The notes under the pieces are model-generated. The model saw only the letters and a list, made by a program, of their open reading frames with translations. It had not been told where the DNA came from and did no database searches. The translations under genes were made by a program, and so were the position numbers. A stretch of DNA of 41,836 nucleotides from a virus (Duplodnaviria > Caudoviricetes), in IMG/VR virus record IMGVR_UViG_3300024249_000004, positions 1 to 41,836 of that record. One strand, given 5' to 3'. Positions 26,058 through 33,603 of this stretch are shown piece by piece; the first letter of the stretch is position 1, and every line of letters begins with the position of its first letter.

Positions 26058-26414
26058 ATGGCAGGTAATGGAAACGGCAGCGGCGAGCTACCCGACGCGC
26101 GGCGGGCCGCGGTGATGCACGGCCTGGAGCAGTATCACGCCATGGCGGCCGATCGTGACGCGCTGGTCGACGAGATTGGCAAGCTCAAGGTCGAGCTTGC
26201 GGCGATGCGGGTCGTGGCCGACGCCCACGACAGCCTACAGACCCAGGCGGACAGCCGCGTCGCGTCGGCCTATGCCGAGCGCGACCAAGCGGTGCGGGAG
26301 CGGGCCCGCTACGAGGCCCTGCACATGGCGATCCTGGCGATGTGCCGGGAGTTCCGGGTGCCCGAGCCGGCGGCTACGCCGCAGGCTTCGGCCGAAGGCG
26401 GGGCCGCACCTTGA
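26058..26414 (+). CDS. Hypothetical coiled-coil protein
   Basis: RBS GGGAGG, heptad-like helix. Confidence 0.7.
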   Translation: MAGNGNGSGELPDARRAAVMHGLEQYHAMAADRDALVDEIGKLKVELAAMRVVADAHDSLQTQADSRVASAYAERDQAVRERARYEALHMAILAMCREFRVPEPAATPQASAEGGAAP

Positions 26415-26724
26415 CGCGCCAGAGCAGTTCCTCGGCGCCGCAGCCGGCTGCGCCGGCTGCGCCGCAGGCCTCGCACATCCCGCGCCGCATATCCGGCTCG
26501 CAGCCGTCCTGCTCGTTACCACAGGCGACGCAGAAGCCCGGGTTGTCGAGCGTGCACATTTGTCGCGTAACGGCGTCGATGATGCGCTCGGCGGTGACGC
26601 TGTGATGCCGGCGCTTCGTGGTCTGCTTCGGCTTCGGGTTCGGGCATTGCCGGCTGGCGACCTGTGACGGGCACGGCTGGGGCACGATCTGGCAGCACCA
26701 GCGGCAGGCTTGGCCTTTTTCCAT
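26374..26724 (-). CDS. Cys-rich (Zn-ribbon-like) hypothetical protein
   Basis: RBS GGAGG; DNPGFCVACG...CEPD...CEACG. Confidence 0.65.
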   Translation of the reverse strand: MEKGQACRWCCQIVPQPCPSQVASRQCPNPKPKQTTKRRHHSVTAERIIDAVTRQMCTLDNPGFCVACGNEQDGCEPDMRRGMCEACGAAGAAGCGAEELLWRVKVRPRLRPKPAA

Positions 26725-26726
26725 GG

Positions 26727-26951
26727 TTATGCCTCCCCGTTCCATTGGTGGTCGGCATCCCATTGGTGTTCGCATGCGAGGCAGATGAAGGAATTATCGT
26801 TGCCGCTGTCTATTTCCTCCTTCTCCCCGCACTCCGGGCAGAGCCTGCCGATCGAGAAGCGTGAGAGCTTGTCGAGGCGGTCGAGTTCTTCCTGGTCATT
26901 GTCGATGAGTGCTCGTAGCGCGAGGGCGTCCCAGTTTGGGCGGTAGGTCAT
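26727..26951 (-). CDS. Zn-ribbon hypothetical protein
   Basis: CPECG...CLACEHQW, RBS GGAG, ATGA coupling. Confidence 0.75.
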   Translation of the reverse strand: MTYRPNWDALALRALIDNDQEELDRLDKLSRFSIGRLCPECGEKEEIDSGNDNSFICLACEHQWDADHQWNGEA

Positions 26952-27175
26952 GTGTTTTCTCCCTGAATTTTCCGGGCACCATGGCCCTTGATGTAACGAT
27001 GCGTCGGAGGATCTTGCGTCGGCACCACGCGGGTGTTCGACACGGCGGTCCAGCGCATCGCCAGATTATTCACGTAGGATTCGGCTTCCTCGGCGGTGGC
27101 GAAGCGCAGGCCGTTGCCGCAGAACTTGCCGCTGCGGTCGGCGATTACTTCGGCGGCGAATGATGTAGGGGTCAT
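26948..27175 (-). CDS. Hypothetical protein, paralogue copy 2
   Basis: MTPTSFAAEVIADRSGKFCGNGLRFATAEEAESY..., RBS AGGAG. Confidence 0.8.
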   Translation of the reverse strand: MTPTSFAAEVIADRSGKFCGNGLRFATAEEAESYVNNLAMRWTAVSNTRVVPTQDPPTHRYIKGHGARKIQGENT

Positions 27176-27258
27176 TTTCGGTTGCTCCTGTCTTTGAGGT
27201 GGCCCCGGGGTCGCAGCCGGCGGCGCCGGCGCCGGCATCTGCCAGTTCGGGCGGTAGG

Positions 27259-27492
27259 TCACGTGTTTTCTCCTTGAATTTCCTGAGCGCCATGTCCCTT
27301 GATGTAACGATGCGTCGGGGGGTCCTGCGTCGGCGCCACGCGGGTAGCCGACACGATGGTCCAATGTCTCGCCAGATTATTCAGGTAGGCTTCGGCTTCC
27401 CCGGCAGTGCCGAAGCGCATGCCGTTGCCGCAGAACTTGAACTTGCCGCTGCGGTCGGCGATTACTTCGGCGGCGAATGATGTAGGGGTCAT
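27259..27492 (-). CDS. Hypothetical protein, paralogue copy 1
   Basis: MTPTSFAAEVIADRSGKFKFCGNGMRFGTAGEAEAY..., RBS AGGAG. Confidence 0.8.
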   Translation of the reverse strand: MTPTSFAAEVIADRSGKFKFCGNGMRFGTAGEAEAYLNNLARHWTIVSATRVAPTQDPPTHRYIKGHGAQEIQGENT

Positions 27493-27568
27493 TTTCGGTT
27501 GCTCCTGTCTTTGAGGTGGCCCCGGGGTCGCAGCCGGCGGTGCAGCCGGCGCAGCCGGCTGCGCGTTC

Positions 27569-27653
27569 TTTATCGACCGGACAGCCTGTCCAGGTCAAGC
27601 GTTATTTTTAACAAAATGTGTAGTTGACGATAGGACAGCGGGTCCAGTAGGTT
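27569..27653. promoter_or_regulatory. Divergent sigma70-like promoters, each with a GGACAG-C-xxGTCC operator in its spacer
   Basis: Rightward TTGACG (27624-29)-18-TAGGTT; leftward TTGACC (27598-93)-18-GATAAA. Operators at 27579-27593 and 27633-27647. Confidence 0.65.
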
Positions 27654-27660
27654 AGCTGCC

Positions 27661-27717
27661 GCGCAATGGAGCGTAATGGAGCGTAATGGAGCGTAATGGA
27701 GCGTAATGGAGCGTAAT
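27661..27717 (+). repeat. 10-bp tandem repeat (GCGTAATGGA), about 5.7 copies
   Basis: Read directly; the first unit is the variant GCGCAATGGA. Confidence 0.97.
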
Positions 27718-27721
27718 TCAG

Positions 27722-27943
27722 ATGCAGCAGTTGGTGATCGACCCCGAAATGGCGCCGCGCGAGTTCGCGGACGCCCTCGAAACGGCCGGCATGACCCAGG
27801 TAGAGATGGCAGATTTTCTCGGCGTCGCCGATCGCACGGTGCGGCGCTACTTGACCGGCGACGCGGTGATCCCGGCCTCGACCGCGATCCTGCTGCGGGT
27901 GATGCGGCAATGCGATTTGCGTATTTGCGTGTCGGCGGCGTAG
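27722..27943 (+). CDS. XRE-like HTH regulator
   Basis: LETAGMTQVEMADFLGVADRTVRRYLTGDAVIP. Confidence 0.85.
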   Translation: MQQLVIDPEMAPREFADALETAGMTQVEMADFLGVADRTVRRYLTGDAVIPASTAILLRVMRQCDLRICVSAA

Positions 27944-27983
27944 GTTAGGGGCTTCATTCACGGCGGGCAGCGCCGAGGGTCAA

Positions 27984-28298
27984 GTGACTAAGACACCAGT
28001 TGATATCCGTTCTTTGGCCCGCACGCATTGCGCGGCCGGCATCCGCGCGCTCGCCGGCTTCGCGCACGGCGGTGACGTGCCGATCAAGCATCGCATCGTC
28101 GCGATCGGCATGCTGCTCGATCGCGGCTACGGCCGGCCGGCGCAGCCAATGACCGGAGAGGGCGGCGAGGGCGATATCAAAGTGATAATCCGCAACATCA
28201 TCGAGTCGGTCGATCGGAGGACGGTGACGATCGATCACGACAGCGGCAACGGCGTCGATAAGTTGTCGATTAGTAACGAACCTCGAAGTAATAAATGA
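27984..28298 (+). CDS. Putative terminase small subunit
   Basis: Upstream of terL; IRSLAR...LLDRGYGRPAQ motif; GTG start with GAGGG. Confidence 0.6.
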   Translation: MTKTPVDIRSLARTHCAAGIRALAGFAHGGDVPIKHRIVAIGMLLDRGYGRPAQPMTGEGGEGDIKVIIRNIIESVDRRTVTIDHDSGNGVDKLSISNEPRSNK

Positions 28299-28465
28299 TC
28301 ATCGTCTGCCCGTATTGTGGTCGCGGCGATGTTGATGCGCGTGATATCTACGCTGCTTGGTATAAGCGCATGACGGACAAGCTGGAGCGCGGCGGCGAGG
28401 AGCACACCGAGGCGCTCGCGGAGATGCTGCGAGTACTGGGCGGCGTGCCGTGGCAACTGAAGTAA
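28295..28465 (+). CDS. 56-aa hypothetical protein with CPYCG; not in the ORF track
   Basis: ATGA overlap with terS; MIIVCPYCGRGDVDARDIYAAWYKRM...; fills the terS-terL gap. Confidence 0.55.
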   Translation: MIIVCPYCGRGDVDARDIYAAWYKRMTDKLERGGEEHTEALAEMLRVLGGVPWQLK

Positions 28466-29814
28466 TAGTGCCAGCGAACGGCTGGGTGCCGCGCCCGCAT
28501 CAGATGAAGCTCTGGCGTTATCTATACGAGGGCGGCAAGCGCGCGGTTGCGGTGTGGCATCGCCGCGCCGGCAAAGATGAGATTTGTTTGCACCATCTGT
28601 GCGTCGCCGCGATGCGGCGCGTCGGCAATTACGCTTACGCCTTGCCCGAGTACGCCCACGGGCGCAAGACCATCTGGACCGCCGTCAATCCGCACACCGG
28701 CCGCCGCCGCATTGACGAGGCATTCCCGGTGCCGTTGCGCGCGCAGGTCAATGATCAGGAGATGTTCATCCGGCTGTGCAACGGCAGCACCATTCAGATC
28801 ATCGGCTCGGATCGTTATGATAGTTCGTTAGTTGGCGGCTCGGTGGCGGGATTGGTGTTTTCCGAATACGCGCTCGCCAACCCGAGCGCGTGGGCCTATG
28901 CGCGGCCGATCCTCGAGGAAAACAATGGCTGGGTGGTGTTTGTTACGACGCCGCGCGGTCGCAATCACGCCTACAACATCTTCAAGCACGCCGAGCACGC
29001 CTCCGGGTGGTTCTGCGAGCTGCTGACTGCGCGCGACACCGACGCCATGAGCGAGGCGGAGCTGGACGCCGCGCTGAAGGAATACCGCGACCTCTACGGC
29101 GAGGCCGGCGAGGCAATGTGGCGGCAGGAATTTATGTGCGACTTCACCGCGGCGCTGCTCGGCGCGATCTTCTCGCGCGAGTGCGCCGAGCTGCGCAAGG
29201 AAGGTCGCGTGCTGGCGATCGACGCGGTGCCGGGCCTGCCGGTGCACCGCGCCTGGGACTTGGGGATGCGTGATGACACTGCCGTTATCTTCTTTCAGAC
29301 CGCCGGCTCGCAGCTTTACATCCTGGACTGCCTCTCGACCTCGGGCGCCTCGCTGGATTGGTGGCGCGATGAGATCGTGCGGGTGCACGGCGAGCGCGGC
29401 TGGCGGCACGGGACGGACTGGGTGCCGCACGACGCCAGGGTGCGCGAGCTTTCGACCGGCCGCACTCGGGTCGAGACGATGGGGGCGCTCGGCCTGCACC
29501 CGCAACTGGCGCCCGACGCCACTCGGCAGGACGGCATCAACGCGGTGCGCCGCACGCTCGGGCTCTGCGTGTTTCACCCGCGCTGCGAGGACAAGCTGCT
29601 GCCGGCGCTGGAGCAGTACCGCCGCGAGTGGGACGATGAGAAGAAATGCTTCACCGTCAATCCGCTGCATGACTGGACGAGTGATCGGGTAGACGCATTT
29701 AGGTATATGTCCCTAGCCTGGAAGCCGGCCACGGCGCGCGTCATCCCTATGCCCCGGCGCGAGGGCTGGTACATTCCGGAGCCGGCGCCGCCGCGCTCGG
29801 GCATGCGGCTGTGA
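28450..29814 (+). CDS. terL: Terminase large subunit
   Basis: PRPHQ, WHRRAGKD (Walker A), VFSEY (Walker B), TTPRGRNH, RAWDLG..D (RNase H-like), PHDA, DAFRY. Confidence 0.95.
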   Translation: MATEVIVPANGWVPRPHQMKLWRYLYEGGKRAVAVWHRRAGKDEICLHHLCVAAMRRVGNYAYALPEYAHGRKTIWTAVNPHTGRRRIDEAFPVPLRAQVNDQEMFIRLCNGSTIQIIGSDRYDSSLVGGSVAGLVFSEYALANPSAWAYARPILEENNGWVVFVTTPRGRNHAYNIFKHAEHASGWFCELLTARDTDAMSEAELDAALKEYRDLYGEAGEAMWRQEFMCDFTAALLGAIFSRECAELRKEGRVLAIDAVPGLPVHRAWDLGMRDDTAVIFFQTAGSQLYILDCLSTSGASLDWWRDEIVRVHGERGWRHGTDWVPHDARVRELSTGRTRVETMGALGLHPQLAPDATRQDGINAVRRTLGLCVFHPRCEDKLLPALEQYRREWDDEKKCFTVNPLHDWTSDRVDAFRYMSLAWKPATARVIPMPRREGWYIPEPAPPRSGMRL

Positions 29815-29959
29815 GCCGGGCGCGCATCGCTGGATCGCGCCACCATCCCGGCAGCCAGACGCACAGCGCGCAGTACGGATGGATCGGCGATGGCACGCAG
29901 CAGATGACGCGCACGCCGCATTCGCAGCAGTCGAACTCGGTTTTGCTGGGGTTGCTCAT
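29747..29959 (-). CDS. Possible Cys-rich small protein antisense in the terL-portal gap
   Basis: EFDCCECG...YCALCVWLPGWWRDP; weak RBS. Confidence 0.4.
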   Translation of the reverse strand: MSNPSKTEFDCCECGVRVICCVPSPIHPYCALCVWLPGWWRDPAMRARLTAACPSAAAPAPECTSPRAGA

Positions 29960-30225
29960 GACGATGACTTCTCACGATCGAGCTAGGATGCGCGCCGTTA
30001 TCGAGCGTTTGTATGGCCACGAGCGCGTGGATGAGGCGTGCCGGATGCTGTTGGAAGTGGCCTGGACGCTGGACTTTACCAACCGGCTGGCCGCCAAGAT
30101 TGCCCGCGACAGAAAAAAGGCCCCGGGCGGCGCCCGGAGCAAGGTGTCCGCACGCCGAGGTGGCGCGCGGGTGCGCCGCGTGCAACTATAGGATTGATTT
30201 TGTTTCGCAAAGGGGGGTGTGACGC

Positions 30226-32568
30226 ATGGCCGGGCAGCGGTCATCCGACTACCCGTCGTATTCGGCCGATCGCGATCCGCGCCCCTACGCGGCGCCCGGC
30301 CCGAGCGACGCGGACGTTTCGCACGACGCGCTGGATTATAACCCGGCGGTCGAGCCGCGCCGCTCCGGCGCGTGGCTTAATTTGCTCGAAGAAAGCGAAA
30401 AGGCGTTCGAGGACTGGAACCATCACTGTGACCTGATTGACGCGCGCTACGCCTCGCTGTCGCGGCTCTGCGCCGAGACGCGCACGCGTGAGTTTCAGTT
30501 GTTCTGGGCGAATTGCGAGGTGCTCAAGCCGGCGATCTACGCGACCGCGCCGGTGCCGGTTGTCGTTACCAAATTTAAGGATAGAAGGCCGGTTTACCAA
30601 GCCGCCAGCGAACTGCTCGAGCGCTGCTGCACGGTGGCCTTTGACGTCGGCCGCATCCAGGACGCCATGCTGCTCGTTCGCGACGACCTCGCGATGGCGG
30701 CGCGCGGCACCATCTGGGTGCGCTACGAGGGCGCCAAGGGCTCATCGCATTACGGCCACGAGCGGGTTTGCTACGATTTCAAAAATCGCCGTGACTTTCT
30801 CCACTCCGTCTCGCGCACTTGGCCGGAGGTGTGGTGGGTCGCCGCCGCCAGCTACCTGACCCGCGACGAGGCCCGCGTGCGCTTCAAGGCGTCGTCGGGT
30901 GATTGTTACCAGGACGCCGAGTATAAGGTCGACAAGGACACGCAGTCGATCGGCGGCGCCGATAATCGCGAGCGCGCCAAGTTCTGGGAAATCTGGAACA
31001 AGAACGAACGACGTGTGGTGTGGGTGGCGCAGGGCTGCGAGGACATCCTCGACGAGGACGATCCGCACCTCGAACTGCAGAACTTCTTCCCGTGTCCGCG
31101 GCCGGCCTACGGCGCCGTGCAGCGCGGCAGCCTCGTGCCTGTCCCTGACGTGCTGCAGTACAAGGACCAGCTCGACGAGATCGACATGCTTACCAGCAAG
31201 ATACACGCGCTGAGTGACGTGATCGAATGCAAGGGTTTCTATCCGGCCGGCGGCGAGATCGGCGACGCCATCAACCGCGCCGTCAGCGTCAAGACGCCGT
31301 CGACGGTGATGGTGCCAATTTCGAATTGGAGCGCCTTTGGCGGCAGCAAGGACGTGGTGATCTGGCTGCCGATCGACATGATCGCGCAAGTGGTGACGAC
31401 CTTGGTGGACCTGCGCAAACAGGTCATTGAGGATGTTTATCAGATCATGGGTCTAAGTGATATTATGCGCGGCGCCACTGACCCGAAAGAAACGCTCGGC
31501 GCCCAGCAGCTTAAGACTCAGTTCGGTTCGACGCGAGTTGAAGATAAGCAAAACGAACTCAAGCGCATTGCCCGCGATCTGGTAGCGATCACCGCCGACA
31601 TCATTACCGAGAAATTTGATCCAGTTACCATTATCGAGATGTCGCAGACGCAGTTGCCGACGCAGAAGATGCAGCAGGATCAGATCAGGCAAATCCAGCA
31701 GCAGATGGCGGCGCAGCAGAAGGCGATCGGGATGCTGTCGCAACTGCCGCAGGCGCAGCAGGCCTTGCAGCAGGATCCGGATAAAGCCGCGCAGATGCAG
31801 CAGCAACAGCAGCAGATGACTCAGTCCGGCAATAATGCTATCGCGCAGCTTAACGAAACCGCGACCTTGGAGCAGGTGCTGGAGTTTCTCAGCAGCTGCC
31901 GGGCACGCGCCTTCACGCTCGACATCGAAACCGACAGCACGATCATTGTTGACGAGAACGCCGAGAAGCAGCGCCATACCGAGTTCGTCTCGATGCTCGG
32001 GCAGTTGCTGCCGCAGCTGGCGCAGATGGTGATGACGACGCCGCAGGCCTCGGGGTTCGCTGCCTCGGTGCTGAAGTTCTCCTGCTCGGCGTTTCGCGGC
32101 GGCCGCGAGCTCGACGGCGCGATCGACGAGTTTGCCGAGCTGATGAAGCAAAAGGCCGACCAGCCGCAGGGTGATGATCCGGCGACGGCGGCGACCAAGA
32201 CGCAGTTGCAGATTGAGCAGATGAAGAACCAGCGGCAGGCGCAGAAGGATCAGGCCGACACGCAACTGAAGGCGCAGGAATTGCAGATGCGCGATCAGCA
32301 CGAGAAGATGAAAATTCAGAGTAACGAGCAACTCAAGCTGCTGGAGTTGCGCGGCCGCAACGCCGCCGACGAAGCCAAGGCGCAGCAGACCAATCAAAAG
32401 GCGATGGCCGAAGGCCAAGCCCACCGCGCCGACCTTCTTTCGACGATCGCTAAGGCGCGTGCTGACGAGCAGACCAATGCGCTGAAGCAGCGCGAGCTTG
32501 CCGCCCGCACGCAGGCGCACATGATCAAGATGGCGCAGCCGCCGGCGCCGCAGCGAGGGCCGTTCTGA
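30226..32568 (+). CDS. Portal protein
   Basis: 780 aa after terL; IMGLSDIMRG..ETLGAQQLK motif; Gln-rich insertion and long C-terminal coiled coil (P22-like barrel). Confidence 0.88.
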   Translation: MAGQRSSDYPSYSADRDPRPYAAPGPSDADVSHDALDYNPAVEPRRSGAWLNLLEESEKAFEDWNHHCDLIDARYASLSRLCAETRTREFQLFWANCEVLKPAIYATAPVPVVVTKFKDRRPVYQAASELLERCCTVAFDVGRIQDAMLLVRDDLAMAARGTIWVRYEGAKGSSHYGHERVCYDFKNRRDFLHSVSRTWPEVWWVAAASYLTRDEARVRFKASSGDCYQDAEYKVDKDTQSIGGADNRERAKFWEIWNKNERRVVWVAQGCEDILDEDDPHLELQNFFPCPRPAYGAVQRGSLVPVPDVLQYKDQLDEIDMLTSKIHALSDVIECKGFYPAGGEIGDAINRAVSVKTPSTVMVPISNWSAFGGSKDVVIWLPIDMIAQVVTTLVDLRKQVIEDVYQIMGLSDIMRGATDPKETLGAQQLKTQFGSTRVEDKQNELKRIARDLVAITADIITEKFDPVTIIEMSQTQLPTQKMQQDQIRQIQQQMAAQQKAIGMLSQLPQAQQALQQDPDKAAQMQQQQQQMTQSGNNAIAQLNETATLEQVLEFLSSCRARAFTLDIETDSTIIVDENAEKQRHTEFVSMLGQLLPQLAQMVMTTPQASGFAASVLKFSCSAFRGGRELDGAIDEFAELMKQKADQPQGDDPATAATKTQLQIEQMKNQRQAQKDQADTQLKAQELQMRDQHEKMKIQSNEQLKLLELRGRNAADEAKAQQTNQKAMAEGQAHRADLLSTIAKARADEQTNALKQRELAARTQAHMIKMAQPPAPQRGPF

Positions 32569-32747
32569 TGGCGACGCCGGTTGTGACCATCGCTTCCGGC
32601 GGTCTCCCCGTCGTCGAAACGCCGCTCGGCAAGCCCGTTTCCGAGGCGGCGAACGGGCGCGGCACGCCGGTCACCAAGGTGGTTGGCAAGCCCGGCCTGC
32701 CGGTGGTTTACGTCGTCGCCGCGGGTCCGCTTAAAGGGTCAGGCTGA
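32568..32747 (+). CDS. 59-aa putative virion protein with GxPV repeats; not in the ORF track
   Basis: MATPVVTIASGGLPVVETPLGKPVSEAANGRGTPVTKVVGKPGLPVVYV..., TGATG coupling on both sides. Confidence 0.75.
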   Translation: MATPVVTIASGGLPVVETPLGKPVSEAANGRGTPVTKVVGKPGLPVVYVVAAGPLKGSG

Positions 32748-33175
32748 TGCCAACCGCCCCTCTTACAAAGTTCAACGCCTTAATTGACGAGCTATCGCGT
32801 GGCGGCCACAACCTGCAAACCGCGGTGCTCAAGGCGGCCCTGACCCCTACGGCGCCGAGCGTTGCGGACACGGTCTGGAGCGCGGTCACCTATCCGCCGC
32901 CGGCCGCCGCCAACGGCTACACCGCCGGCGGCAATACGCTTACCACGACCAGCGCCACGACCTCGGGCGGCGTGTTTACTCTGGTGCTGGCCGACAGCGT
33001 CTTTACCGCGACGGCGGGCGGCATCGGGCCGTTTCGCTACGTCGTCGTCTACAATTCCAGCGCCGCTAACAAGCTGGTCGGGTTCGTCGACTACGGCAGC
33101 GGCGTGACGCTGCCCACCGCGGGCGATTTCACCGTCGATTTCGATCCGGTCACGGGGGCGCTTACCATTGCATGA
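32747..33175 (+). CDS. Putative virion structural (head fibre/decoration-associated) protein
   Basis: GYTAGGNTL, IGPFRYVVVYN, VDYGSGVTL; Thr/Ala-rich beta protein. Confidence 0.7.
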   Translation: MPTAPLTKFNALIDELSRGGHNLQTAVLKAALTPTAPSVADTVWSAVTYPPPAAANGYTAGGNTLTTTSATTSGGVFTLVLADSVFTATAGGIGPFRYVVVYNSSAANKLVGFVDYGSGVTLPTAGDFTVDFDPVTGALTIA

Positions 33176-33597
33176 CCACATGGGTGCCAGAGCGATGGGA
33201 CGTTGGTCAGTGGGACCAAGCCCACTGGGACGGCCAGCTTGGGCTGAACGTCACGCCGGCTGCCGTATCAATTACCGGCCAGAATGTCGCGCTGCGAGCG
33301 ACGGCGCGGCTTACGATCGCGCCGTCGGCCGCGGTCGCCGTCACCGGTCGATCTGTCCTCCTGGCGACTGCCGCGCGGCTTACGATCGCGCCGCCGGCCG
33401 CGGTCGCGGTCACCGGCCAGGATGTCGGGCTGCTGACGGCGTCGGCGCCGGCCGGCCTGACGCTGGCCGTGACGCCGCTCGGGGTCGTGCTGACGCCTGG
33501 GGAAATCGGCCTTTTCGTTTCGCATCCGGTGCCGCCGTTCGTGCCGCCTCCTGGCGTGCTGACGTTCGGGCAGCGGGTGTTTCTGCGGCGTTGGTAG
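33172..33597 (+). CDS. Putative virion protein with WDxxxWD motifs and internal 23-aa repeat
   Basis: WVPERWDVGQWDQAHWD; ARLTIAPxAAVAVTG x2 (69-bp offset); ATGA overlap. Confidence 0.7.
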   Translation: MTTWVPERWDVGQWDQAHWDGQLGLNVTPAAVSITGQNVALRATARLTIAPSAAVAVTGRSVLLATAARLTIAPPAAVAVTGQDVGLLTASAPAGLTLAVTPLGVVLTPGEIGLFVSHPVPPFVPPPGVLTFGQRVFLRRW

Positions 33598-33603
33598 GTT
33601 CCC

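Larger units (their letters stand above)
26931..27540. repeat. Imperfect tandem duplication of about 0.3 kb (26931-27223 and 27242-27540)
   Basis: Direct alignment by eye; offset 311/317 bp because of a 6-bp indel. Confidence 0.92.

Noticed and set aside
26931-27540. Diversity-generating retroelement TR/VR pair
   Set aside because: Differences are not adenine-specific, both copies are intact genes with RBS, and no reverse transcriptase was seen.
27661-27717. CRISPR or mini-CRISPR array
   Set aside because: Contiguous 10-bp units with no spacers. The Cas4-like gene is a normal replication-module nuclease.
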